Assembly: GCA_964016885.1 (NCBI GenBank) | Contig: OZ024740.1 | Location: 69,812,001-69,876,000, forward strand | From: Eledone cirrhosa | Lineage: Eukaryota | Length of the DNA: 64,000 bases | Reading direction: 5' to 3' | Part shown: in pieces, positions 1 to 13,861 of the stretch | Layout: every line of letters begins with the position of its first letter | How positions within the stretch are numbered: position 1 is the first letter of the stretch | Program-made: the position numbers and the translations under genes | The notes under the pieces: model-generated | The model's database searches: none | What the model was told of the DNA's origin: nothing | What the model saw: only the letters and a program-made list of their open reading frames with translations

Positions 1-1281
1 TAAACGTATATAAATAAATAAATACGTATATAACGAGCGCACACACATACCTACATATAAATACACGAATGTTCGGAGACGTAAGTCAACTAAAGCAACA
101 AGTACACGTATACACACACCCACCATACGTACGAACCGGCATACTCACGCAGACGCAAAACTCCCGTATACACATAGCCAAACCCTATGTACCAGAATAT
201 ATAAAATTATACGCCAAAACAATCAAATATACGTACCTTCACAAAACAAACGGGTAGTACATACTTACCTATGCAAATAAGTAAAGGAATAAACAAAACA
301 TATACTTAGCACCCACATCAAGACGTAAAATATCCATGTATAGATCGTACTATCCGTTAGGATATAACGTGGGGCTGTAATACAGGAAAGTTTTGTGCAA
401 TTTATGTTTACAAGCCGAAATTGCCTCAGATTTTTTGTTTAAGATGTGGTCTGTGGCGTAGAGTATTTCCAGGGCCTCAGCGGCGCAGAGGTCACATGGT
501 CTTTTATTTCCGTTATACGATCTAGCCCTAGCTAGGATCTCCCAGTGTAACTTATATTGGGTGTGGTTGTCTTTTAGACTCCAGATATAAGCTGAAAATG
601 ACGTCATATTCCTTCTTAGAGGGTAACGAAAAGAATGGGTATGCATGTAAAGGCGCTGCTTGAAACTATTGGCGGTTAACCCTATGTAGGCCCTACGGGA
701 CGTGGGTGTTACAGCCTTACATTTGTAGACAATATTACTAGAGAGGCATTTCCCTGATATGGGGCAATCAGCCCGATTCCTACAATTACAGTTAGCACTA
801 ACTACAGGGTTGCACGTGTTCCTACGGCTAGGTAGTTTAGCTAAATTTGAAACTGTGATGTTATGTGCAAGGTTAGGTGTCGTAGAGTAAGAAATTTTAA
901 TAGTATTTCTATTAAAAATTTTACTATATTTATGTGTAGGGGGAAAATGCTTCGTAATAAGAGAAAGAAAGATCTTAGCTAATGGTGTGGCCACCTCCAT
1001 ATTATATGGTGGGTTATACCAACAAATGCGACGGGATCTATTTCTTCTAGGTCTATTTTCGTACTCAGTATAAGCTACCTTTTCGACAAATCCACTTCGA
1101 GCAAGAGCTTCATTGTAATAAGTGGAATGGTCGTTGAAAATACGCTCGTTGGTGGAAAGACGGGAAAGCCTCAACGAAACGTTTCTTACCAGGTTCTTGG
1201 TTATGCTGGCAGGATGGTTGTTACCCGTATAGAAAGCCGAATGATATGCTTAATTACATAAGTAAGCAATCCAACCATCCT
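1..1281 (-). mobile_element. Penelope-like element family 1, 5'-truncated copy A, running off the window start
   Basis: Near-identical reverse complement of about 29440-30670. Segment 1222-1281 is an inverted piece of the RT region matching 29386-29446. Confidence 0.92.
350..1174 (-). CDS. PLE polyprotein C-terminus: RT thumb, Cys-rich linker and GIY-YIG endonuclease (truncated fragment)
   Basis: Motifs WYNPPY, KIFNRNTIKISYS, CNCRxxxxCPxxGxC, IVYKC...YIG...FKQRLYMH, CDLC and LNKKSE...CKH. Confidence 0.9.
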   Translation of the reverse strand: MRLSRLSTNERIFNDHSTYYNEALARSGFVEKVAYTEYENRPRRNRSRRICWYNPPYNMEVATPLAKIFLSLITKHFPPTHKYSKIFNRNTIKISYSTTPNLAHNITVSNLAKLPSRRNTCNPVVSANCNCRNRADCPISGKCLSSNIVYKCKAVTPTSRRAYIGLTANSFKQRLYMHTHSFRYPLRRNMTSFSAYIWSLKDNHTQYKLHWEILARARSYNGNKRPCDLCAAEALEILYATDHILNKKSEAISACKHKLHKTFLYYSPTLYPNG

Positions 1282-1684
1282 AAGTGGGCGGAGTCGTATG
1301 AAACCTATGAACCAATGATAATCGAGAATTGTGACATACGGAATGCTGACATTGTTGAAATTAATATATAGATAGGTGCAAACAGTGATAATGATTATTC
1401 TAATGCTGGAACGCAAATAAAATAAATAAATAAACTATAATACTAGCTATAATACCAAAAGTTACAATACTAATGGTCGTCATAGTGGTAATAGTGGTAT
1501 GATATAGATAGACCGTGAAGTAAGTGTTGGAACATGGGAATATACTAGATATTAACAGTCTGGGATTAAAATAAAAATTAAAATGGAGAATTATGAAAGA
1601 AAAATTTAAAATAATAATCAATACTCAAAGTGCAGTAGGAATACATTCAACAAGCTAGAGGATAATGCATAAATGGATATTACT

Positions 1685-1875
1685 AATTGTTTCTACTTTT
1701 GGCTCAAGGCCAGGAATTATCCCAGTTCATTACTGGTACTTTATTTCATCGAACCCGTAAGGATGAAAGGCAAAGTTAACCTCGGCAGGATTTGAACTCA
1801 GACCATAAAGGGCCGTAACTCTTTGCTGCAAAGCATGGCGTCCGATTCTCTACCGATACTGCTAATCCATCGACA
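1685..1875 (-). mobile_element. tRNA-derived SINE (family S1)
   Basis: Reverse complement has an A-box-like head, a B-box-like gagttcaaatcc, central gcctttcatccttacggg and tail agtagaaacaatta. A 3' fragment on + lies at 1929-1995. Confidence 0.85.
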
Positions 1876-2041
1876 GCGATAAAGAGATGAGAACGATATG
1901 ATTGACGACCATTTTGAATAATCACTATTCAAAATAAAGTACCAGTAATACACTGTTGTAATTGCTGGCCTTGTGCCTAAAGTAGAAACAATTATCATTA
2001 TCATGCAATAAAGCAATTATGGTGAAATAAGCCCGTCATAT

Positions 2042-2208
<167 letters not shown>

Positions 2209-2432
2209 GAGTTGACGTACGCAGCATATTTATCAATGACAGCATCGGTTGTATCTCAGCGCACTCAATGGGCAATGTAAGATACATTACCAGAGTATAC
2301 ACATAGTTATTTGCCTCAACATATATATATATATATTCGGATGCGTTCGGATCAAACTGTCTAAACGGCCGGAGCTCAATCATCAGGATCCTGAATCTTT
2401 TCATACATACACACACACACATATATATATAC

Positions 2433-2497
<65 letters not shown>

Positions 2498-2508
2498 ATG
2501 TATATATA

Positions 2509-2742
2509 AGAAAGTGGAGGTGTTACATAGGAGATTTATTGCTGAATCGTATGCTTGTATTTGTCTTTGCTGGTTCGTCCACAGATATGATGTGATCTTT
2601 GTTGTGTTAACACTGGTCTCAGGATCAGGCAGACTTACAGACTGGTCTGGGGAACCAACCCAGATTACGAGCCGGCTTCTTGAGAAATATTTGTAACTAG
2701 GATTGTGCAATAAATCTCCTATTAACACCTCTACTTTGTTCT
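2509..2742 (+). mobile_element. (TA)n-flanked pLTR-like unit with inverted 5' end and a degenerate hammerhead (2613-2700)
   Basis: 2509-2549 is the inverse of 2701-2742. Fold: ctggt-CTCAGGA(G5C)-tcagg...cttga-GAAA-tatttg-TA-actag. A related 3' half is on - at 61506-61570. Confidence 0.6.
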
Positions 2743-3995
2743 GATATATACATACATATAAACCCAAATATCATACAGCTTCATGATAGTAGTTGCGTTT
2801 CTATTTGTTTGAAAAGTTGTCAGTTCTCAAACATACTTTCACAGCCAAATATTCAAACAGATGTCACTCGATTAGATTTCAGTTGAATATTGCGACACGC
2901 CCACAGATTATCGCTGAAACAATAAAGTCTCACTTCGCACAATCTAGACTTCTGATTTGAACCTTAAGAAAATCAGAAACAAGAAACCTGCCAAGGGAAA
3001 TATTGCAGCTCGAAACCCCTTGAAACGCTGACATGGTTATGTGGTTAAGGAAAGTTTGCTCCTAAAGCACGTGGTTTCTGGTTCACCTCCTCTGAGAATC
3101 ACTGTTGACAATTAGATGTTCCTGTGATCTCGGATTGGCCAATGCCTATTGATATTTGGGAGATGGAATCTGCATAAACCTAACAGATATATATATACAT
3201 ATGCATGTGTGTGTGTACTTGCGTGTGTGTGTGGGTGTGTTTCTATGCGTATGTGTGAGTATTTGTGTATGCGTTTGTGTGAGGTTGTGAGTGTGTGTGG
3301 GGGTTGTTTGTTTACTCATTGTTTATGTCTTGTAAAGTAGCGGTCAGATTGATAAACTTGAATCAATAAAATAAGTAACAATCTTGAAAAAAATAATTCA
3401 GAGAGTCGATAGGATCAACTAAACTTTTCAAGGTGATACTCCAGTCTAAAAGAATAAATATACCGAATGCTGTCCTTCATTCTATAACATATTTCAAGTA
3501 CTAATAACTTTTAACTATTTAGTATATATTAACTAAGGAAAATCAAAATATATTGGAACAACTATGGTGTTTAGTAATGTTGTTTAGTAATGTTGTTATG
3601 TAGGTTTAGCTACGTTCCGACGAGTTTGGATCTCACAGGAGCTTTCACAAATAAGTTTTAAGGAGGAGGCCGCAGTCTTTTTATGAAAATACCCGTGTCC
3701 GTGAACCAGACGTTAGTCCTTTACACAACTTAACCCTCGGTTGCTGCTGCTAGTAAGCAGTTTTTCTTTTCGGATGAGTAGACTGAAGCAACGTGGCGTG
3801 AAATGTTTTACTCAAGGCCACGACCTATCACTACGTCCAGAAGTCGAAGCTATGACCGTATGGCTGCGAGTACAACATGCTGATCACTCGGTCATGTGCT
3901 TTCGCTATGATATTCAATAATACATCTAAAAGTTTGTTTATTTAATTTAGTTCCCATTGAACTTTCGTTATTTTGTTTTATATACTCCCTATAAT

Positions 3996-4578
3996 AATTG
4001 GTTCTACTTTTGGCACAAGGCCAGCAATTATCCCAGTGCATTACTGGCAACTTTATTTTATCGACCTCGTAAGGATGAATGGCAAAGTTAACCTCGACGG
4101 GATTTGTACTCAGATCATAAAGGGCCGTATCTCTATGTTCCAAAGCATGGCGTCCGACCCTCTACCGATACTGCCAATCCACCTCTATGATAATTGTTTC
4201 TACTTTTGGTACAAGGCCAGCAATTACCTCAGTGTATTTCTGGTACTTTATTTTACCGACCCCGTAAGGATGAAAGGCAAAGTTAACCTCAGCGGGATTT
4301 GAACTCAGACCCTAAAGGGACGTAACTCTATGCTACAAAGCATGGTTTACGACCCTCTACCGATACTGCCAATACACTGCCCTTATAATGATTGTTTCTA
4401 CTTTGGGCACAAGGCCAGCAATTATCCCAGTGCATAACTGGTACTTTATTTTATCGACCCCGTGAGGATGAAAGGAAAAGTTACCCTCGGCGGGATTGGA
4501 ACTCAGATCATAAAGGACCGTAACTCTATGCTGCAAAGCATGGCCTCCGACCTTCTACCGCTACTGCCAATCCACCCG
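3996..4578 (-). mobile_element. Three head-to-tail tandem copies of SINE S1
   Basis: Units of about 190 bp at about 3996-4183, 4190-4382 and 4388-4578. Confidence 0.9.
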
Positions 4579-6293
4579 TGAATTCGTAGAGTCGTTAACG
4601 TGTCGGTTTTTGTTTCAACTCTCTGCGCTCCGAGTTTAAATGACATTGAGCTTAACTTTGCCTTTCATCTTTTTGTGGTTTATAAATAAACTACCGGTCT
4701 ATGGGTAGTTAAAGAGTCGGACATGAAGCTTTATTGTATTTGAGTTCAAATACGGCCTCCCACTAAGTATTGGGACAGACCTATATTACCACCAACGACT
4801 CCTTTTCGTTTTCAAATAATTTATTTTTCAATAAATTGTCGGTGACACATTAAAGTGTCATATGACGACGTTTGAAAAAATCAGCTTTCAAACATTTGGA
4901 AATTGAAGATTAAATGACAAGTTAAGTGAAATATTGCAGCTTAATAAAAACAAATTGTACGTCTCGAGAAATCCAACCTAACAGCCAGCCTATCGTACGT
5001 CTAATACATAAATATCTGGCCAGAAGGTTAAAAGCCGCCCACAAAAGGAATGGGTTTATGGTAACAAGGAAACCCTGACATTAGAAGGCATCACACTAGA
5101 GAAGGTTTCCCAACTAATCGTAGATCGACATTTATTTCTTCTCTCAACACCTCCCAGAATAAAAGAAAAACAGATAAACAGGCAGAAAATATCAATTAAG
5201 TGTGGATGAAGACATCGATAAAGTCATATACTTTGATGGAACTATTTTGACTATTAATTAATTAGTTCATTTAATCAATTGAATGGTTGATTAATTAATC
5301 TCCTGATCAATAAAACTGGGTGGAAATTAACCGATGCTTGTGTTTTGAATGACACCATGACCCTGCCAAAATCTAAGTATAACGAACCACTTTACTCAAA
5401 TACTTTCCAATATTTTCATAACACTTTTCAATTAATAACTTTTTAACTATCTAGTATATTTAACTAAGGCATAGAAATGATTAAATAAAAAAAGGTAAAA
5501 AAAATGATGTTCTTTAGTTAATACGTCTAAAAATATTGCTATTTTAAGTACGCTCCCAATGAACTTCCGTTATTTTATGTTTTACATACTTTTCTATCAT
5601 CTAATTTCTGACATTTGCCATCAATAACACTAACATTTCAGACGAGCACATTAAATAGACATCAACTTGCGCAATTGTTGCTTCCCAGTAAGTTTCTTCC
5701 ATCACAGAAACAATTCAGATAATCAATATCTACACACTGTTTAATACAGTTGAAAGACAGTGCCAGTTTTTCGTTTGTTTTCTTTTCTATGTTTTATTGG
5801 TATGTGGTGGCGGTGGTGGAGGTGGTGGTGGTGGTGATGGTGCTGGTGATGATGATAGTGGTAGTGGTAGTAGGGGTGGTGGTGCATACCTATGTAACTG
5901 ATTATTCATAAACACACGCAGACAGAAACTCTCCAACACATCCATTTATATATACATGTGTGTGTATGTATGCATGCATGTATATAAACACACACGCACG
6001 CACGCATACATGTATATATAAACGTATATACATATGTGTATGTGTGTATGTATGCATATGTATTCATATATATGTGAGTGCGTATATATATATATATATA
6101 TGTATGTATCATTTTATACAAATATATATACTAATAAATATATATCTATGTTATGTATTTTTTATTGCAATTTCATTACTCTTCTGAGTAATTGGTTTTG
6201 CTTTAGCTTGTAACGCTGCTGAGATTAATAACTCTTTCCTTCAAAATAAGTCTCAGTAAGTTTTGATTAGATTAACAAAAAGCGAAGAAAAAA

Positions 6294-6355
<62 letters not shown>

Positions 6356-6391
6356 TCTCCATGTGTGTGTATATATACACGTTTTTTGTTC

Positions 6392-6432
<41 letters not shown>

Positions 6433-6447
6433 CACACACACACACAC

Positions 6448-6523
<76 letters not shown>

Positions 6524-7084
6524 TGTATATATAATTTATAGTTAAGACGCCTAGTATGTATAGTGTATAAAGTATAAAGCCTTAACGAAAAGATTTTTAA
6601 GGATGCTGTAAATTATTGTTGTCATCAGCCTGACGCTGTTTGGCAACTTGGGGGATATAAAAAGCTGACCACCAAGAAGAGAAGAGAGAGTGACGTTTGT
6701 TATCTCCTAAAACCATGTTTGATGGTTTTGATGTTTAAATAGAGGCGTCGCTGACTCAAACTATATCCCTGCAAAGTTCAACTATATATTAAGTTAGTTG
6801 TTGTTTGAATTTTACGATATTTGCTGACGCCATTTGTTTTGTTTTGTTATTTGTTTCGTTTTTTTTTTCTTTCTTCAATAATAGAAGCCTCGTTCTTCTA
6901 CATTGCTGTTTTGTTATTATCACTGTTACCCTCTTAGTGTTTATGTCATTTATATTTTTTGCTGTTTCTGCTTTCTCCCATTTGTATATTTCAAATTTTC
7001 ATTAGGTATGTATGTTCGTATATCTCCCCCGTTTCTCCCTCATTTCTCCTTCTCTCTCTCACTCGCATTCTCCCCCCCCCCTCT

Positions 7085-7120
<36 letters not shown>

Positions 7121-7233
7121 CACATACACATATATATATGTGTGTGTGGGGGGGGGTGTAAGCTGGGTGTTAGAGAAATAACATTAAAACCCGGCCGGGA
7201 CATATCACACGTTCAACAAATGAGTGCACAATA

Positions 7234-7292
7234 GCTGTCTGACGAAGTCGTATCTATTACATAATAGATGTCATTGAAATATATATAACAGT
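7234..7292 (+). ncRNA. Type I hammerhead ribozyme motif
   Basis: Stem I gctgt/acagt; CTGACGA 7239-7245; stem II agt..atctatt/aatagat..att; GAAA 7276-7279; palindromic stem III tatata; AUA cleavage triplet. Confidence 0.8.
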
Positions 7293-7840
7293 AACAAAGT
7301 GATGAATAAAATGATAAAGAAACATGTATTACACAATAAGGTCTGTCACGCGTATTTCAATAAGCTGTCTCTTCAATTTGTGTTACTCATATCAACTTTC
7401 GCGAATAAGCATATCTACTCCATCACGAATTGCAAAATTAATACGGATACTTTTATTTCTTCTGATACATATATAGAGATATATATTGTTTGTAGTTAAA
7501 CAAGACCATAGGGAGAAATATTCACTATTCACCACGTATTAAACATGGAAATCTGTACTGTATATATATATAGAGATTTTGAGTTTATGTTGGTTGTATA
7601 CCAACACCTCAGTATGCAGGCTGGAGCACTCGATGGCTGTCACTGAAATATATATAGCAGTAATAAACGAAGCTAAATTTTAATCATTTAACTTTTATTT
7701 AACTTTATTTTATATATATATATATTTATTAAAATAACAGATTAAAGTTTAAGCAAAGAATTGAGCCCTCTTTGGATTTTAGTCTTCAAATTTATTATTA
7801 TTACTATATATATATATATCCATCTCGTCATAAATGCGAG

Positions 7841-7892
<52 letters not shown>

Positions 7893-8033
7893 CTCGCATT
7901 TGTGACGAGATGTCGAAAAGGAGTCGGGCGACATCACCTTCATTGTACCCTGAACTGAATGATATCGAAACAATTCTAATATGCAAATAAAGTTTGTGCA
8001 TATGCTGCAACACTGACTTCAACGCTTCTAAAT

Positions 8034-8066
<33 letters not shown>

Positions 8067-8504
8067 AGTTTGTGTATGTGTATGTGTGTGTGTATGTGTG
8101 TGTGTATACTTATATCAGGATTGAGCCAGTTCTAAACTAGATAGACCATTATTGAACAGAGAATACAACACGTAGGATGCATGTGTGGGATAGTAGGACT
8201 ATTTTCTACCTCTTGAATACCATTTCCTGACCTCTTGAATACCATCTCCACCATACCGCCACACCTACATAAGACATATATATAAGAAGAAATTTTGACG
8301 GAACATTTACAGATATTCAAACTGCTCACAGAATATATGGAAAAAATATTTTTTGATATTTAATATTTATTCTTTAATATGACTGTTATTCCAAGCAAAA
8401 CCAATTATGTTTAATGCAATAATTATATAAGTATTCATTCTGTCGGATTAAAGAAAAAATAATCTTTAAATATACCTCTGTACTTTTTCGCCTTCACTTT
8501 TTAA

Positions 8505-8574
<70 letters not shown>

Positions 8575-8629
8575 ACATGAATTTGTTTTGCATGGTTTCT
8601 TTATATGAAATCGTGCGTTGAAAGAAATA

Positions 8630-9101
8630 TTGTTATATTTGGGGCGGGTCATATTGTTATAATATTGCCAGAATGATTTCTAGTATAGGCACAAGGCCAG
8701 TAATTGTTGGGGGTGAAGTCGATTAAATCGAAACCAGTACGTTACTGGTACTTTATTTTATCGACCCCGTAAGGATGAAAGGCTAAGTTAACCTCGGCGG
8801 GATTTGAACTCAGGCCGTAAAGGGCTATAACTCTTTGCTGCTATGCATGGTGTTCTACTCTCTACCGATACTGCCAATCCACCGGCCTAGATTGTCAGAA
8901 ATAATAATAAAACACACTCACTGTTTGGTTTGGATTGGTTTTCGCTTCTCCATTTTTTATATCTCCATAGTTAATTGATTACCAGATAAATTAAATATGG
9001 AGATATAAAAGATACAGAAGCGAAAAATAATCCCAACCAAACAGGGAGTGTGTTTTATTAGAATTTCTGGCAATATCATAACAATATGACCCTCCCTATA
9101 T

Positions 9102-9105
<4 letters not shown>
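8630..9105. repeat. Foldback inverted-repeat element interrupted by a SINE
   Basis: 8630-8673 plus 8891-8975 is the imperfect reverse complement of about 8990-9105. Confidence 0.7.
8674..8890 (-). mobile_element. SINE S1 insertion with target-site duplication
   Basis: Flanked by attgccagaa (8664-8673) and attgtcagaa (8891-8900). Confidence 0.85.
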
Positions 9106-9185
<80 letters not shown>

Positions 9186-9579
9186 ATATATATTGTTATA
9201 TATATGAATGTAATCTGAGTTTTTCGAATATTAATAATAATATTCGATTCGTTTGCAATTAGGCAAACAAGCCTAATATATAAAGCCATGTCAGCAGAAT
9301 GAGCCCCTCGTTCTTGCTCTTGTGTTGGCATGTAAACAGAACTGCAGACACTAATGTTTCTGGGTATTACCTTCATTAGTACAGTTCACTGTTCACCTGC
9401 CAACTGTCAGAGCTAGTAAAAATATATGATATTTTCTAAAATATACAGTGACTAATCCACTGATCAGCCAGATTTGCATATCACCAGACTGGCCAGTCAG
9501 TTTCCTGTATACGATCGATCAATGGCCGGTTTTGCTATATTCAAATTAAAAAAATGTTATACATAAACTGACTGACCAG

Positions 9580-10620
9580 GGACTAACTTCGGTGAAGGCT
9601 CTTATGTCCGAGCACCCCTGTTAGTGACAGCATAGTTCACCCTGTGTGCTGAGAGGGTGCTAGAAATGGTACTCTGAAAACGGCGACCACACCTGTTCCT
9701 TGTCTAGCAATACGTGCAAATAGCGCAGACTCGTTTGCACATTATCATCAATAGCAAACCGAGCCTTCTGCGTAAAGGGAGTTTACAGAAGATGAACCGG
9801 CTAACCAGTAGAAATTATCCCTCCCACAAACAGCAAATGAGTAAACATTCCAGTGCAGTCAGACGGGGACAAAGTCAAGGTTAAACGGTCAGTCGGTATT
9901 AGATGACAGACGCAATGAACGCATTCGACACCTCTCCCTGACCTCTCGGCCCATTACTGGGTGAGAGAGGCCACCCTGCTCATTACCTCTTCTCCTTTCT
10001 TATCCACCTGGATGTACGGACAAAACCAGACCTCGGGTCCATCCGTCAGGTGTCCGTCGAGGCTATTGATTTTCATGGATTTGCCTCTCCCGCTGCCGAG
10101 CTGCGAATGGACTGGCTTATTTGGGCTGATTTTTGCTCCGGTCTGCGTTTCATATTCCTCTAAGAATTTCCGGAGTTTTTGACACCATCACGGTGACGTC
10201 ATCCGAGCCTCTGCAACAGATCCGGCTTCTGCGGTAATGGCTCGACAGTCAGCACATACAGTAGGAAGGAGAGAAGACATCCTTGCCGGACCGAGCGCAT
10301 GATGTGAAATGTTTCCTACAGGTGGCAATTTCCTCTGACCAACGAATATATGCCACCTCTGCATTGCTTCTGACGACGGAACTGAAACAGCCATAAGAAC
10401 AACCTCCAAGTGTTGATGGTCGAACCTATCGAAAGCTTTCGGGTGATCTAAATTTATCACATCCCCACTGAATACAAGTTTATTCCCTACACTCTCTACG
10501 ATGTCTCATGAGAATGAAGTTGTCTTGTACAGACCTGGTTGGGGTTGTGCTTGTTTGCGCCCTCCTCTACCAGACCTTTAACGACAGACGCCAACCTCGT
10601 TGCTAGCACTTCGATCAAAA
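9580..10620 (-). pseudogene. Degraded L1/Tx1-type LINE reverse-transcriptase fragment
   Basis: INLDHPKAFDRFDH (DxxKAFD motif) in ORF 10188-10460 and QGCLLS in another frame. Many frameshifts; boundaries approximate. Confidence 0.7.
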
Positions 10621-10984
10621 TCGGAACAGTGATTCGGTCAACTTTAAGTGGACATCTGAACCCGCAAAAATGACTCTTGGTACTAAGAAAAATTAAAATA
10701 ATACACGAAACCGCTTTAGCTATTCTTAATCAGGGGGCGCGTCCCTCAGGACTGAGCCACTCTAAGGTTGAAGGTCATCCATTGGCACAAACTCTTCTCC
10801 CAACTCGGGCCGTCCATGTTCACCACCACAACTACCACAAAAAGAAAAATGTAAAAATATCAAATGACCCGAGGAAGAGTATAAAGAAGTTATATACTCT
10901 TATTACTAAGTATTAGGTTATTTGTCCCAGGAGAGATATACCGCAAACACTTACAAATTATGGAAAACACTAAGTCAAGATGTC

Positions 10985-11225
10985 GAGTTCAAATCCCGCC
11001 GAGGTTGACTTTGCCTTTCATCCTTACGGGGTCGATAAAATAAAGTACCAGTAATGCACTGGGTAATTGCTGGCCTTGTGCCTAAAGTAGAAACAATTAT
11101 TTGGACTCTGAGTTCAAAACCCGCCGAGGTTAACTTTGCCTTTCATCCTTACGGGGTCGATAAAATAAAGTACCAGTAATACACTGGTAATTGCAGGCCT
11201 TCTGCCAAAAAGTAGAAACAATTAT
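10985..11225 (+). mobile_element. Two tandem 5'-truncated SINE S1 copies
   Basis: gagttcaaa...gcctttcatccttacggggtcgataaaataaagtaccagt...agtagaaacaatta occurs twice. Confidence 0.88.
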
Positions 11226-11229
11226 TTGG

Positions 11230-12950
11230 ACGAAAACAGGTTAGTAAATTTTAGGAGAGACATCTTCAGAAATTATAGACTCATTGATATGGAATTGCGA
11301 TCAGACACGCAGTGGAAAATGACCTAAATATATGACAGGAAGGAAATGAGGAATCAGATAAAGAGAGTAGCCAGCCATAAGTCTAAAATGAAAGGTTGTC
11401 ATCTGAGCAAATGAGGAGTAAGAAATTCTTATGAACCTGATGAAAATAATTGGGAATAGAATAGAAATAAAATTTGAAGACCAAGTATTTGCTGAAGAAC
11501 ACAATGAGTCTATAATGGAAGTGAAGCAGAAAATTCTGAATAAGCTTGCAGCTGTAAGAGATACAAGTATGAAGGATAAAGAACCACTTCAAAAACTCGC
11601 AAATACAAATTAAAAAAAAATTTTAACTATGCAACAAAAGAAATCATACAAAAGTAGAACCTGATCTTTCTGAGTTACATGAAATTATCTACGCATCCGT
11701 TAGAGTAATTGAAACAAGATGTATGGCTTCCAAAATACAAAGAGAGCCACATTTAAAAAGAAAACCACGATGGAGAGTTAAAATTAAAAATGAGATTGAA
11801 TTAATGAGAGTGGAAATATCGGTACTAAATGAAGTAATCTCTGGAAATAATGTAAGATCCTGAAATCAAGAAAGTTGAATAGAAAATATGGATTTTCTTC
11901 AAGGGAAGAGTTGATATCAATAAAAGAGATACTGAAACAAAACGTCCAAGTAAAAAAGTCCAAAGAATACAAGGATTTGAGAAGAGAACAAATTTTTACA
12001 AGCAAAATAATTTGTTCATATCCAATGCCAAATCCTTTTATAGAGAAATAGAAAGGGGGAAAATAACCATTGAACAGCTCCCTTCTATGGAAGAAATTGA
12101 AACTTCTGGAGAAAGATTTGTTGTGATGAGAAGACATACATTGAAAATGTAGATTGGATTAGACTCACAGAAGAATATTTAAAAGATGTGCAAGTACAAG
12201 CATGGTTAGGTAGCGGACCTAATGATGGCACTCACAAAGTTTCTTAAATGGAAATTTTCTGGTAAAGATAGGGTGCTAAATTTCAGGCTTTCATCGCTCA
12301 CGTGCGCAACAAATCTGTTCAATTAAATTATGAAATATCCTGAAAATACACCTGCCTGGATAGCAGGTGTTATTACTTACTACGGTGGATTGAGGCGGTG
12401 GATTGGCAGTATCGGTAGAGTCGGACACCATGCTTTGCAGCATAGAGTTATGGTCCTTTACGGTCTGAGTTCAAATCCCTTTGCCTTTCATCCTTACGGG
12501 GTCGATAAAATAAAGCACCAGTAACGAACTGGGGTCGATTTAATTGACTTTCCCCTCCTCCCAAATTACTGGCCTTGTGCCTATACTAGAAATCGTTATT
12601 ATTTACTACGAAAGAAAACTGAAACCAAAGATTTAAAAAATCTATCGAAGCATAACCTGTTTATCCACCACTTATAACTCTAATATAGAAAACATGCATT
12701 TATGGCAGAGAACAATCTTTTCTCTATTGAACAAGCAGTTCGCCGTGAGGCTCCTATGTATGTACAGATTAACTGTAAATTAGACGTACGATCCTTGAGA
12801 ACTGTCATAACAAGCACAGAAATCTAAGTTCCGCATGAATTACTTACAAAACGGCTTTTCACAGCATGATACATTCGTGAATTCTGAAATGACTAGATGG
12901 ATTTAAAATTTCTCGTCTAATTTCAAACATTCTGAAATATGAAAATAATA
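11230..12950 (+). pseudogene. Degraded R4/Dong-type LINE ORF (pre-RT and RT N-terminus) with a nested SINE
   Basis: Broken frames give KPRWRVKIKNEIE, WKFSGKDRV, TPAWI, YRSITCLSTTY and LENCHNKHRNLS. The SINE sits at about 12385-12602. Confidence 0.7.
12385..12602 (+). mobile_element. Full-length SINE S1 inserted in a LINE
   Basis: tggcagtatcgg A-box and gagttcaaatccc B-box. ttactacg is duplicated at 12377-12384 and 12603-12610. Confidence 0.85.
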
Positions 12951-13861
12951 TATCTATAATGTAAAGTCCAACTTTGCGTTGCTTCAGCTGGGATGTTTAG
13001 AGTATTCAAGGGTTTTTTTTTTTGCTTAATTAGTCTCCACGCCTGGGCCGACTGTTGCTCCTTGTCCGAAATGACCACTTGAAAAATGTTTTGGTTTTTG
13101 CAGCTGCAGCTGCGAATGAGTTATTGTTCACGTTGCTGGTGGTTAATTTTGGCTTATTGCCTTCCTTTTTATCTTCGTTGTTGTTGGTTTCGTTGTTGTC
13201 ATTGTTGCAGTTGGTGTTGGTTTTGCTCTTGGTGCAGTTGTCGTCGTTGTCGGTGGTGTTGCTAATTTTGTTGTTGAATGTTGTGTTTGTAATTGTTATT
13301 TTTTGTGTTCACAGTGGTGCTTGTTATTGCTGTGTCGCAACAAAGAGAGGTTAGAATAGGAACTGAAGCCGTTTCTACAGTTGAAGTCAAGGAGGAAAAT
13401 AAACAGCAGGAAGATGATGGATACAAGTATTTTGGAAAGTCCTTGTTGCGACTTGTCTTCCTGTTCTTGAGAACTGCATACTTTAAGGCTAATTGGGGAA
13501 TTCAACAGGTCAACAATGGCCTTGACCACTATGGGCGAATGCCCTCTCCCAACTATCGCTGTTCAACTTCCAGGCACAAACTGGGAGTAGTCCGATTAAC
13601 TCTTACTATTTTCGCTACTTTCACTCATCTTTTGGTAAATATTCCGAAGAGCAAGAAGATAAAATTAAGAAAATGTCATCTAACTGAAAAGGAGTGAATA
13701 ACTCACCAACACGTTACATTACAAATATCTGAGGTGTTGTCCAAATGGGAGAGTCAATACGTGGTTGCTCTATTTGCTAGAAATTGCACCTAAACCCCTC
13801 CCACCGCGAATCATACATTACCGTTTTTAAGAAATACAGAATCCTTGATAATGTCGTCTTA

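Noticed and set aside
10370-10400. ctgacga..gaaac inside the LINE fragment (similar hits at 11437, 19778, 46990 and 51348)
   Set aside because: No closing helices; chance motifs.
13055-13697. ORFs with apparent signal peptide or hydrophobic stretch
   Set aside because: Driven by (TTG)n-like low complexity; no recognisable domain or splice support.
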